Assembly: GCA_030141605.1 (NCBI GenBank)
Contig: JAQGDQ010000017.1
Span: forward strand, 124,001-188,000
DNA length: 64,000 nucleotides
Source: Tubiluchus corallicola
Taxonomy: Eukaryota > Animalia > Priapulida
Reading direction: 5' to 3'
Part shown: positions 1 through 11,500 of the stretch, piece by piece
Layout of the letters: every line of letters begins with the position of its first letter
Numbering within the stretch: position 1 is the stretch's first letter
Position numbers and translations under genes: made by a program
The notes under the pieces: generated by a model
Told to the model about the DNA's origin: nothing
Database searches by the model: none
Seen by the model: only the letters and a program-made list of their open reading frames with translations

Positions 1-1530
1 AATATGTTTTAGAAAGTCAGAAAGCGGATTTCTGCACTTGACTAACAGTAACACCTATATGATGCTTTTTCTGTTCACCTGTAAGTCCATTGTCAGCTCC
101 ATTATATTGAAGTATTTAATAGTTGTGAAACATTACAGTCTTCTCTAATTAATGATTGTTTCTTTATAGCAGTTTACTAAAGGCCCTTTAAAGGTCCACT
201 GCTGTCAAAATGCATTACTGACTACGTGATACAAAAAAGCGGGTTTATTTCTTTATAAATTTGCGCGTTTCGATTTGGTTAGCTTTGAAACACTTCAAAT
301 TTATCGCCCACAGACGTCTTGCGAAAGCAAAAAATCAGGAAAGGAAGTGGAAGTGACGTCCCGTAAGGAACGACACTGGGCATGTATGACTCTTGCTGTA
401 TTTACATGTGAGAAAAATCAAGCGGTATGCTGGTAATGGAGAGCTTGGGGTACTTGCTGAAGGCATTTTAGTGTTTCGCTCAAATCATAGCAGTTAATTT
501 TCTGTTTTCTGATCATTTCTGGTTTATAAATATTTCCCTGCCAAGTTATCTTTTGCCCAATGTGCCATTCAGACAATGCTTCTGACAAAATATGATTGTT
601 TTTGTTTTTCAGCCTATAAAATTGTAAAATAATATTTCAAAATGCGAAGAAATGGAGGTTACCATTAAAATTGGGATTTCCATTAAATTGTTAGGGTTGG
701 CATGTTTTGCTGCTAACGTAGACTAAATTAGTTTTCATGAAATTTAGCTAGAAAGGTTGATTATTACCTTACTTACTGTGGATCTAACCCATAATAGTGG
801 CTAGCAGCTGACTTGTAGCATAATTTAATTCACAGGAGCACTCGGCACACCTATTGTTCATACAGCCTACCCACAATTTAAATAATAGTACAGTAACATC
901 ATCTGCATACTGTATTTGTTACTACAAATTTACCGTTCCTTGCAGGTTTGTAAATTGAAGACTGATTCTAATAAGTTTATTGACTATGAATAGATAAATA
1001 CTTTTGCAAGAAATGCCTTTATTAATGGGTAAATCATTACTCAGCAAAAACCGCTGTGCTCCAGTGCTTTTCTTGCTGGGACCGCTGGTTGTCTACCGTA
1101 CTGCAGCTCGTTAAATGCCTCTTCCTTACATGACATCACTGCACTGAGTGCCATGGCGGGCGATAATGTTTGTTACAGTACCAACAGTGCTTAATTTAAG
1201 TTACCATATCACATAAAGTATGCATCTGAATTATTTTAAAAATTAGGAAATATGTAATTTTCCCTACATTATAAAAGAAAATAACATAAAAAATAGTGTC
1301 ATAGGACTTTTATTGAGAACTAAAATATTAAATTCAAGTATAGCAGTAAAATGCTGCTAAGGCAACTTTAGTGAAAAATATCTCTATTCAGATACAGTGT
1401 TTTATTTAGAATTTTAAAGTATTATCAACTTTCAAGAGCCATGTACACCAGTCGTTCAAGACTATCCATCAATATTTTAAGGATATTTTGATATCAAATT
1501 ATGCTTTTAATTTCTATCTGTTTTTAACAG

Positions 1531-1713
1531 GTGTACCTGATCCGCCTGTTGGATTAGAAGCCCTCCAAGTGACTTACGAATCTGTCATGCTGAGGTGGAC
1601 ACCCGGATTTGATGGAGGCGAGGAACAGGACTTCCTTCTACGTTACATTGATGGTGGCCAAGAAACGACAATACAAGTACAGCCACCTACTGCATCTGAA
1701 TTTAATCTCACAG
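1531..1713 (+). CDS. Echinoid-like exon, FN3 N-half
   Basis: ttaacag|GTGTACCT ... ACAG|gtgtgt; VPDPPVGL..WTPGFDGG. Confidence 0.9.
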
Positions 1714-4700
1714 GTGTGTAGTGTAAATCCGTGCCATTTTCACTGTTCTACATTTGCTCACCTTAGCTTGTGTTTGAGATTGTTTCCTGAATGCAATGTA
1801 TTTGAGATCGTTTCCCAACTACTTTTTCTAATCTCAAAGCAAGTAATATTGTGCTGTTAACTGCAAATGTAGCTGTTTGAGAAAACCGATTTTAAAATTT
1901 GCTGTACATGCATAATTTTGTTTTTCAGGCTTGCAGCAAGCTCGGGAGTACACATTTACCGTTCAGGCTATTAACTCTCTTGGCGTTAGTAAAACATCCA
2001 GTAGTCTTATCGTTGGTACTGAGCCAAAACCATTCAATGCTGATGATGTCACGCTTACAAGTGTTGGCATTAGTGAAGTGAGCAAGAGGTTAAGTTGGTC
2101 AGCTCCAGACAGTGAGGGCAACTTGTGCGTGAAAGTTGAAGAAAAGGATGAAAATGATAACTGGAAGGTCTGAGTTACAAAACTTGATGCTTATTATTGT
2201 TACAGCAGGGATATAATGTTTGTGTTCATGATAATTAGCAATCAGATGATCAGATAAGCTTTTTCACAGTTTCGTTGTGCACACGCGCAGTTGCTGTAGC
2301 TTAAAGGTGAAGTGTACCACCTCAACATATCATAACTACAGCCATCACGTGACATGTGGGTAAAGCAAAGCTGTCTGTTGCATCAGTTCAGTAACTACAG
2401 TTGTTTTGCTGTGGATTACTGATCATGCATTAGTCTGTGCGTAGAGGATCTTGTTATTAAGAGGATATTGCTTGGGAACGAAAAAAGAACTAGGTAGAGT
2501 GTAGCTAGCTGTTAAAACTGTTACTATTATAGTAGCGTGGGCTGCGAGACGTTGTCAAATGTACCCAAAATGGGTTGTCTGGTACACTTAACCTTTGACC
2601 TCTTCACGATCATCATCAATCGCTGGAACTGTGAAAAGGCTTATTGCATAAATGTGTAATTGACTATCATGCAACATGAAACACGCGCCCTAAAGTAAAG
2701 TATTAAAACTTCAACAAAATTTTCTCAAAACTTAAATGCAAACTTCCTTTATATATTTTTGCCTTGTACTAAGTTAGATAAGTTTGAGGTGAATATAATA
2801 AGTATGTTGTTCTTGGCTAAAGGATTAGCGTGTTAGTCAAAAAAAGTTTTATGCCCGCTAAATAATCTTTTTATTACCAGGTGATTGGACCATGTGTTCC
2901 AGTTTCGGAAGGTGGTGTAAAATTGGAAGACTACTCCCCAGGCATGCAAGTCAGGGCATCAGTTTGTATACCACACAAAGGCTCATGTGGGTCTCCAAAA
3001 GTCGCCGAAATATGTATGTAAATTTTTTGTATGTATAGCATTATGAGACAGCCTTTTTAACAGCAGCGGTGTTCACGTGTTAACTGGCGCAACATTGTCT
3101 AATGTTTACTTGTTTTTGAAGCCATTTTTTATCTTCTACTGTATTTGCAACGGAATGAATGAAGATGTTGTACATTTTGTACTGTTTTGAACTTTTTTAA
3201 ATGCTCATTTTTAATTCTCCATTAACTCATGGTTACATATTCTTGTTTTTTACAGCATTCTACATGAAAGTGTTGATAATAATCATCGTTGTCGTAATTG
3301 TTGTTGTTATTGTCATTGCCACGATTATCATTTGTTGTTGCTGTCGTAAGCGGACTGGTAAAAAAGGTAAGAACTTGCCATGCGCAGGAGAATTTTTGGC
3401 TGTTTTTGCATCACTAACAATGCAAATTCGTACTCTGTGTATCTACAGCTTGAAATGTTATGATGTGCTTATACTAGATCAGTTATTTTCTGCCTACATA
3501 AAGTTTTTTTTAAATATTTTCATTGGTGCCATTTGCCACTTATTATTGAAATTTAGTTGTGTAAATTTGGTAAGTTATTTGTGCAAAGCTTGCATGATTA
3601 GGTTACGTTTGGTGAAAATGGTGAGGTGTTAGGCTTTTTTATTTAGCTCAGAAAGGATGGTAGTTGGGAGGGTCTGGCCTAATAATACTCGCTACACATC
3701 ATCAATAGCAAAAGTAGTTAGTATTATTACTTGAAACTGTGCTGTGGTGCCAATGTTGAAAATAAGCGCTAAATATAGTATTGAAAATAACATACTGTGA
3801 CTAGATTTTAGACATCATAATGCAAATAAAAATGAAAAGTGGTGATGAAACTATGCTGCAAATGAAACACACATTAGTTATAAACTAAAATTTACATCCA
3901 AAACCAAACTATATCATAACACTTACCGAAGTATCAAAGTAGTCAACTAAAACAGATACTGTTGCGCAAAACATATTAGCTATTAAAGATCAAACGATAA
4001 ACTAGTTATGATCTGTGCTGATTGAAAAACTCTGTGCTGATGAGACTTAAAAACTTGAATTCAAAAAAAGTGACTCGATCAGATTAAGAACAGGTTACTA
4101 CAACTACGACATTTCAGTGAAAAATCACTTGTGAAGAGTCATACGAAACTAGCAGGTTACTACAACTACGACATTTCAGTGAAAAATCACTTGTGAAGAG
4201 TCATGTGAAACTAACTAAACTGACAACAAGTAACTCAAATGATAGTGACTAAGAAGCTGAGCAGCTCACAAATTAAAATCAAATTAAAAACATTCACTAG
4301 AACAATTGCAGTGCAATCCACTCAGCTAATCGTGGTTTTGCACGAAACTGAGAATGTTTTTAATTCGTGGCATGCAGCTTCCTCTAAATATCGTCACTCT
4401 AGAGGTCGTCATGCCATGGCAACAGTAAACTGCAACATTTATCCTTGTTTCTTATTCACTCAGTTTTCATGTACAGGTCCAAGCAAGATTGTACAACAAC
4501 AATTTTCAAGAAATGAATGTCTTTTGAATTTTATGTAATTTATTGTAATTGCGTAAAACCACATAACTTTGATTTTCATTTTTCACAGCTTCCCGTAAAG
4601 ATTACGAGATGGAATCATCACATGTACGTGCACCGAACACATATGCCACACCACCAAGATATCAAGATGGGATTGTTAATAAGGGAATGAACGGATCACC

Positions 4701-5852
4701 TGTAGAGTATGGAGATCCAAGAAAAGATGCACCTTATAGTATTACAAATGGCTACGGCAATAGCTCAACGTACTATCAAAGTGGTTACGGAGGAGGTATA
4801 TTTCTTTGATGTTCCAAGGATTTAGTTAAAAACCAACGTGGTAAAGAATGTGTTGTATAACTTTACTTTGGATGATTTTTCTATGCAAGTTTGTTTCCCA
4901 AGATTGTTACCTACATCCAATCAACAGACTGTTGTCTTGTAATTTATCATTTATTGTACACATTAATTTATAATGATTGTAGCATAAGGTTGAGAAAATA
5001 AATCTTAAGGAACCTACTTAAAAAGTTTAAAATTTTTTGAAGTTGATCAACTACATTTAATTTGATCTCAAATTTCAGCCTATTATGTCAGTGTGCTATA
5101 GCAAACATTCCAACAAGTTTGTTATCTCACTCTCTCGCCTCTATCTCCCCCCTCTCTCTCTTTCTGCCTTTCTCTCTCTCTCCCTCTCTCTCTCACTCTC
5201 ATTCTCACTCTCTGCAAAATTATTTAATGTACCTGGAATATCTGTGCAGAATGGTGCTTATAAATGGCGTATTTAAACAAGATGCGAAAAGAAATATTTT
5301 TCATTGCTTGCAGGAATAATATTTTTAAATTTTAACAGGACCACCCCCAGCGTATAATGGTGGAAGTACGGCATCTGACATTTATAAGCCTGATCCGTGG
5401 GACGCTCAACCTCTTTTCAATGACAACGACTTGAACCGATTGAATAATGGACAGTTGGGTATGCGAAGTTTGTTCCTAGGTTAATTGATTCATGCAATGC
5501 TTATGTTACTGCGATTAACAGTATTCCAAGATTTGAGGAACAAAATGTACACCTTATGTTACTCGAATTTAAAGTAGTGAGCAAAAACCGAGTTGACCTT
5601 TATTGAGGTATAAATGCTTACTTTGCAGTTTTTAAGATATTTTTGTGGAAATTTTGACTTATTTACCCCTGTTTTTTTTTAGAAAATCCATATTTACACA
5701 TAAGTGGTTTGCCGAATCCATACGACTATGACGACTACACATCGCAAGCACCATCCACCAACGTGACCTATGATAATGGCAGTATGGCAGAGAGCGGGTA
5801 CTCAACGCCAAATCACTCTCAACGTAAAGTGATTCACGAGGTTATCGTGTAA
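1531..5852 (+). CDS. ed: Echinoid-like Ig/FN3 cell-adhesion receptor, 3' portion (5' exons lie upstream of the window)
   Basis: In-frame GT-AG exons 1531-1713, 1929-2167, 2881-3013, 3256-3366, 4589-4795, 5339-5458, 5683-5852. They encode an FN3 domain (VPDPP..LRWTPGFDGG..Y.FTVQAIN.LG), a Cys-containing second FN3-like domain, a TM helix plus CCCCRKR, and a Tyr-rich tail with PPxY motifs ending GLPNPY..ESGYSTPNHSQRKVIHEVIV*. This resembles the recalled Echinoid C-terminus (ESGYSTPN..VIREIIV). Confidence 0.8.
1929..2167 (+). CDS. Echinoid-like exon, FN3 C-half and start of second FN3-like domain
   Basis: tttcag|GCTTG ... AAG|gtctga; YTFTVQAINSLG. Confidence 0.9.
2305..2594. mobile_element. Small non-autonomous DNA transposon (Kolobok-like termini)
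   Basis: TIRs AGGTGAAGTGTACCA / TGGTACACTTAACCT (1 mismatch); flanked by TTAA on the left and TTGA on the right. Confidence 0.55.
2881..3013 (+). CDS. Echinoid-like exon, juxtamembrane Cys-containing segment
   Basis: taccag|GTGATT ... AT|gtatgt; VIGPCVPV..VRASVCIPHKGSCGSPKVAEI; phase compatible. Confidence 0.85.
3256..3366 (+). CDS. Echinoid-like exon, transmembrane helix plus CCCC
   Basis: ttacag|CATTC ... AAAG|gtaaga; VLIIIIVVVIVVVIVIATIIICCCCRKR. Confidence 0.9.
4091..4213. repeat. 62-bp tandem duplication
   Basis: caggttactacaactacgacatttcagtgaaaaatcacttgtgaagagtcat occurs at 4091 and 4153. Confidence 0.9.
4589..4795 (+). CDS. Echinoid-like cytoplasmic exon
   Basis: tcacag|CTTCC ... 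GGAG|gtatat; KDYEMESS..TPPRY. Confidence 0.85.
5126..5212. repeat. Degenerate (CT)n microsatellite
   Basis: Direct inspection. Confidence 0.8.
5339..5458 (+). CDS. Echinoid-like cytoplasmic exon
   Basis: taacag|GACCA ... TTGG|gtatgc; GPPPAY. Confidence 0.85.
5683..5852 (+). CDS. Echinoid-like terminal exon
   Basis: tttttag|AAAATCCA ... GTGTAA; ENPY..ESGYSTPN..KVIHEVIV*. Confidence 0.85.
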
Positions 5853-8555
5853 ACTGTGGCAATATTCATATATCGTGATGTATTCAAAGTGCGAACTTTA
5901 CAGTGTGGGCACTGAGACAATAAAATATTATGCTCCGAGACTATTCTACAGCTTTATGCTTTAGACAAGTGCATAATATGTGCCCAAAATATCAAAATTT
6001 TTCTGATGGCTTATTAAGTGTACTGTTGCTCACTATGTAAATAACGTGGAAATGTGTTTTATTATTCATCTGGAGCGATGTTACCGACTGGATATTTTCT
6101 GACGTCTCGTTGTCTTGCCTTACATGCACTTTTTCATGTGAGGTAGTTACTGTAATTTCTGCTCCGTATAAACTTTGTTATTTCTTTGTTATCTCAATTA
6201 TTGGTATTCATTGGTACTCAGTTGAAGTATTGGAAATGCAATCTCATCAGAAAACAGACATAATGCTTCGATGCGGTATATACCAAACCCACGAGAAGCT
6301 TGTATTGAGAATATCAAGTGTTCATTAACTTTATTGAGAATATAAAGTGACGTAATATCAGAACCTGCTGAAGAACCTAAAATGTTTTTTGATGAATTTC
6401 TTCTGGAATCAAATAATTCTTCAAAACAAAGTTTACGTGAATCTTGCTTGGGTTATTATTCTGCAGAGAAAAAACTGGTCATTGTGTCTTTTGCTAAACA
6501 TTTTGATATGCAGTTTGTAATATTGTTGATTTTTAAATGTACATGTTTCAATTTTAATTATGTAATGTCCTCTTTAAATCAGTTTTTACATTAATATCAA
6601 TGTACTCTTTGTAAATAATCTGTATATTTTTAAAATGTTTTACTTTTTTTACAAAGTCTAGTTGGAGCTAGGAATCTCATCGTGTTAAGTGGTTCTGTTA
6701 TCCAACAGAAAAATAGTTCTAACAACATTTTAAGATGCCATATTAGTTATCTTGCCAATTTTTAAAAGACTGTGTTTATTTAAACTTTCCTTTAGTATCT
6801 CACCTTTCAACTTGTTTGGGATGCAGAGATTATATTTTAAACTTACGGGAGAAAATTTTACTTTTTTTTACAAAACTTTAATCTGTTATATCAATTTAAC
6901 TATTGTTTACTGATCTAGTAAAGCAATTGTGCCAATTTGTAAATTTTTATGAGAAATTGAGTAGACATGGCCAATATATTTACAGCAAAGCATAATGTAG
7001 ATCTTTTGTTGGCAGTGTGCTGTAATTACTGTTGTATAATAATGTCCTTAATGACAAAAATTCGTACAGTTTAGTATTGAATACATAAAGTCAAAATTAT
7101 GATTTCGTTATAGTAAATGTTCAGATGGTAAATTCATAATAAATTTGTATTATTGTAATCTGTTTCTGTTCATTGTAGCTTATACTTATTTTTCCTGAGC
7201 AATTCGTGTTGCATTTTATTATTGAAAATGATTGAAGCTCACAATGAAGAAAGAATAATGGTAACTGGTTCATGTGTCTGACCTAAAAATTCTTGCTCTT
7301 TCCACTTCGTAAAAGTAATTCCATTCTTGTTTCTTTTGGACAGAAGTTTTAGCAGGTAATTGTGTTCAACAATTGTCATGTGTACTTTGTGAGGCTTTGT
7401 TCCACATGCCTTACAATAATGAATGACAAAACTCCTCACTCCTTTAATCGTCTCTGTTACGGTTATTATTATTATTGACAATTGGTAGCTATCACTCAAT
7501 AAACATAATTATAATGAGCAAATTTACAATATTAATTTATAGCGCTAATGGCAGTTGGAGAAGTTGGAAAAAATTTCCAGTGACTGATTTTTTCATAGCC
7601 ATCAGTAAAGGCAACAATTTGATTGTGAGTGTTATTCAGGTATTGCACTTATAATAATAATTATTACATATGACAATTTTGGCACCACTTGGCCACAAGA
7701 TACAAGAGCTAAGCTATAACTTGATGTTGTAAAGACATGTCGATATCCGTTTCTGTTATAATACATTGTTAGAAAGATTGTTTTCTTGACGTTATTGAAG
7801 TTCATTAGATTTACTTAGCATACCAACTGGCTGGAGAACATAACTGCAATTGCATTTTACTATAGTCTTCTAATTATCTTCTTGTTTTAGTTATTCTTTT
7901 CTCTACCTTTTTGTGATGGTAATTGGAGAAATAAATTGAAGGACGAATAATTGTAGAAGTATGCTACATCATTTTGATTTAAAAATTAATCTCTCTAGTC
8001 AAAGAATAATTATAATGAAACTCAGTTATTAATAACAACGATATGGGACCGTAATGATAAAAATTATTGAATTTTATTCGTGCACAAATAACAAGCAGTT
8101 GTTAGCGTGGTGGAGACTAGAAAGTTTCGTAATGCTGTTATGTGATGTAATGAGAGAAATGAGTTGAAGTAAAATCGTAGCACTTTACGTGCAACGTATC
8201 TAATCTAGAATTATGACGCAAAGTGCCCTGACCAAATACAAATAATGACAAAACTTGGTCGTTAATCGTAACAGCGATAACCGTGGGAAACAGTATGATA
8301 AAAATTATTTAATTTTAAACACAATTTAAATCACAAATAACAAGTAGTGGTTGGCGTGGTGGACACTTCAATTGTTTATTGTTGTCAAATCGATACTTGT
8401 GCGATGGTGGTGCAAGGTCAAAAGGTTCGTAGTTTCAACGTCTTCGTAAATGCGCAAATGCCTGCAACGCGCGCGTGCCTGGAACAAATAGTTGATCATC
8501 CTGAAACACGGGAAAAGTGGTTAAGTAGCTGTGTGATTTGCACTTAATTCTACAG

Positions 8556-11500
8556 ATGCAACTATTGTTTAGGTGTTTGCAAGTTACGCTTCTACAATTT
8601 CCGCTTCGTTACACCGCAGCCGCGTTGAGTCAGTCTCACTCTGTTTTGCAAAGTCAAACTTGTGAAAGGTATGCGTTAAACTTGAGTTCGTTCTATCGTT
8701 ACTGTATATATTTAAGATAAATTAGGCTTATTTTGCTTCATTTAACTGAATTAAGGCAGTAACAGCAAAGCACTCCTTTCTATACTAGGTAGTATTAGTA
8801 TAGTAACGAGTAGCTTAATCGTTATATTTAGGTAGCAAAAAATCAAGTAACGTGATTTCAATTGATTTTTCTTTTCAATTTGAACTGCTTTTATTTCAGG
8901 AGCATTCATACTGGCATGGAAAAACATGGGATTGTTCCAGATGTTGTTGATACCATGTGCCCAAATGTAGTTGAGGTAATTTTGCCTTTTCATTTTTGCC
9001 TATTAGATGTGCTTAGCGTCACGAAAAATTTCCTTCATTTCAGTTTACGTAGTGCTTGGGCCTAGTAAAAGTAGTAGAAACTTGCAAGAAAAGTATCCAT
9101 ACCCAATGGCTATTTTCTGACAGATTAAAGAAATTAAAAAATTTTCAAAACAATACACTGATCATGTTTAAACATGATAGTTGTTATTTAGATTGATCTG
9201 TTTTTTGGTATAATCGTTAAGTCTTAAGCTGAAGAACTGAATTATGATAACACGTAGCAACAGACTGAATGACTGAAAGATCAGTCTATGCTATATAACA
9301 TCATACATTATGGAAGTTCTATAGGTAATGCTGCTACTTGTAAACAAATATAAGGAGATGAAATGTTAAATCTAGACCATTAGATTTGTGCAGATTAATA
9401 TTCAGAATGTCAGAATGATGAAACACACAAAAGGACCCAAACATCTTGTAGCCTATTCGATCGCTTTTCTTTATAGCTGTAGAACTTTTTGCTAGCCAAG
9501 TGCTCAAAAAGTGCCACACATGTATTTTTGTAAGGTGGTAGTAGGGCAAAATAAAAAAATCAAGTGTGTTTTCTCTCAATTGTTTTTGTCTTGTTATTTT
9601 TTTACATGGCAGATGTAGTAAATATTAGCTAACAAGACGTGTTCAAGTGTAGCTGAGAAGACAGGAGCATCTGTAATTTTTGGTAATAAACTGATATTAA
9701 ATTTTTTTTCTCTTTTGTTATTTTAGGTTTCTTACGGAGATAATAAAGTTGATATGGGCAACGAACTTACTCCTACTCAAGTATGTGTTTAGAGTTGATG
9801 ATGATTTTTGAACTTTCAGTCACTCTCTCAAGTTTCATACTTTCAAGTTTCGAGGCCTGCCATATGTTCATCTAAATCTGACATAATGTTAACAAATAGA
9901 AACTTATCTTCGAGTCTAATAACATGACATCTGACATAAGATAGAATACATACTTAAAATGTTTTCTGCAATGAGTGACTTTTATATATTACCTTGCATG
10001 GTTTAAACATTTCGTTGTGCACAATAGCATAAAAGAAGCACCTCTATGCCATTATTCTACAATGCCAGTGCTTATCTGGATAAACCTACTTAAACAAATA
10101 TATGTAAAAGTAAAGATACTAATATTAAATAAATTTTGGAGAATTAAATTGTAACGTCCTGGTTAACGTGGGATGGTCGTTTTAAGATACTCTTCACTAA
10201 ACACAGCTACTTAAAGTGCATAATTCAAGAACTCTGTTTAGCTTCAGAAGCATTAGCAATTTTGATAGTTTTGCCCAATAAAACAGCATTGTAATTATTC
10301 ACCACTTACAGAACTTGCGCAAAAATATTCACTAGTTTGTCAGCACGAGTGATCGTCCTTTGACTGACCTGTGACCACTAATTAAGGCTGAAGTCAAAAA
10401 GAAAAAAAGCAGAGTCAGAAATTTTTTCAGAACTGATCTAAATGAAAATTGTTGTGCATTCATTTGTTAAACTAAGGGATTGCAAATGTAGATCAGACAT
10501 CTGTTTTTTTCTATTGTTGGCAGTATGATAAGAAATGGGTAAAGGAGGCTGTGTGAGGTGTGTTTCAGGTTCCCTTAAAAGTCATTTAAAGACTCAATAA
10601 ACAGATACCAGAAACAAGTACAGTCAACCCTCGTTAAACTGGACTTTATTGGGGGGGGTGGTCCGGTTTAACCGATTGTCCGATATGCCTATATATGGTC
10701 TATATTATGCAGGAATAATCACCTTAATAAGGCATATATACATTCCACTATATACTATACTGTATATTACTTTAAAATAGGTAACCTGTGAGCATAAAGA
10801 AATTATTTTTCACTTGAAACGCAGAGCACTAGCGAGTGCTTTCGATGGGGTAAGCAAACTGAATTTTGGCGGGAATCGTAGCAGCCTGGGCGGCACCGCG
10901 AGCCGCTTCGGCCCGTCAATGGCTCGTGCTGAGTTGGTAGGCTGTGTTGTGTTTAGCGCTCCGGCTAACGGGGTCCAGTTTAACGAGGGTCGACTGTATA
11001 CTATTCTAGAAGTATTAAACATGTATCACAAATTCTGTCCCAAAATATACTATCCACAGTATTTGCAGTAGAGTAACTTAAACTAAAGCACCTTGAAATT
11101 TATTGGAGTCAAAACTGTCTATCATATGTTTTTGGTGATACCAATTCAATGCACGTCTGGCGTTGCTTAACTTGAAATTTGGTCCACCATGTCGAGAACT
11201 TGTATTGCAACATTCTGCTACATGTGCGCAAAGCACATAGTGAAAGAATACTTACTTATATAAAACTTTTATATCACGCATATATAATTTTTTAAATTTT
11301 ATATAGTAGAGCTACCTGGTAAGTTATGAAATGTTACTGTCAATTTAGACTAATTTATTTTTCTCATTTTGATTGTATTTAGTGCCTCTGCAATATAGAT
11401 GCGATTAGCATTTCGATTGCTTTCTTGTTTTTAATAGGTTCAGAAGCCACCTACCCACATCAGCTACCCAGTTGAGTCCGGGGCTACGTACACTGTCATC

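Noticed and set aside
340-365. ETS/CRE composite promoter motif GGAAGTGACGTC
   Set aside because: Single motif in a presumed intron, probably within repeat-derived sequence; no linked exon identified.
9796-9885. Box C/D snoRNA candidate (ATGATGA ... CTGA) in a PEBP intron
   Set aside because: No convincing terminal stem, very close to the donor site, and no rRNA-complementary guide recognised.
10810-11071. GC-rich ORFs on both strands
   Set aside because: They lie mostly inside the 10621-10996 MITE and show no transposase motifs.
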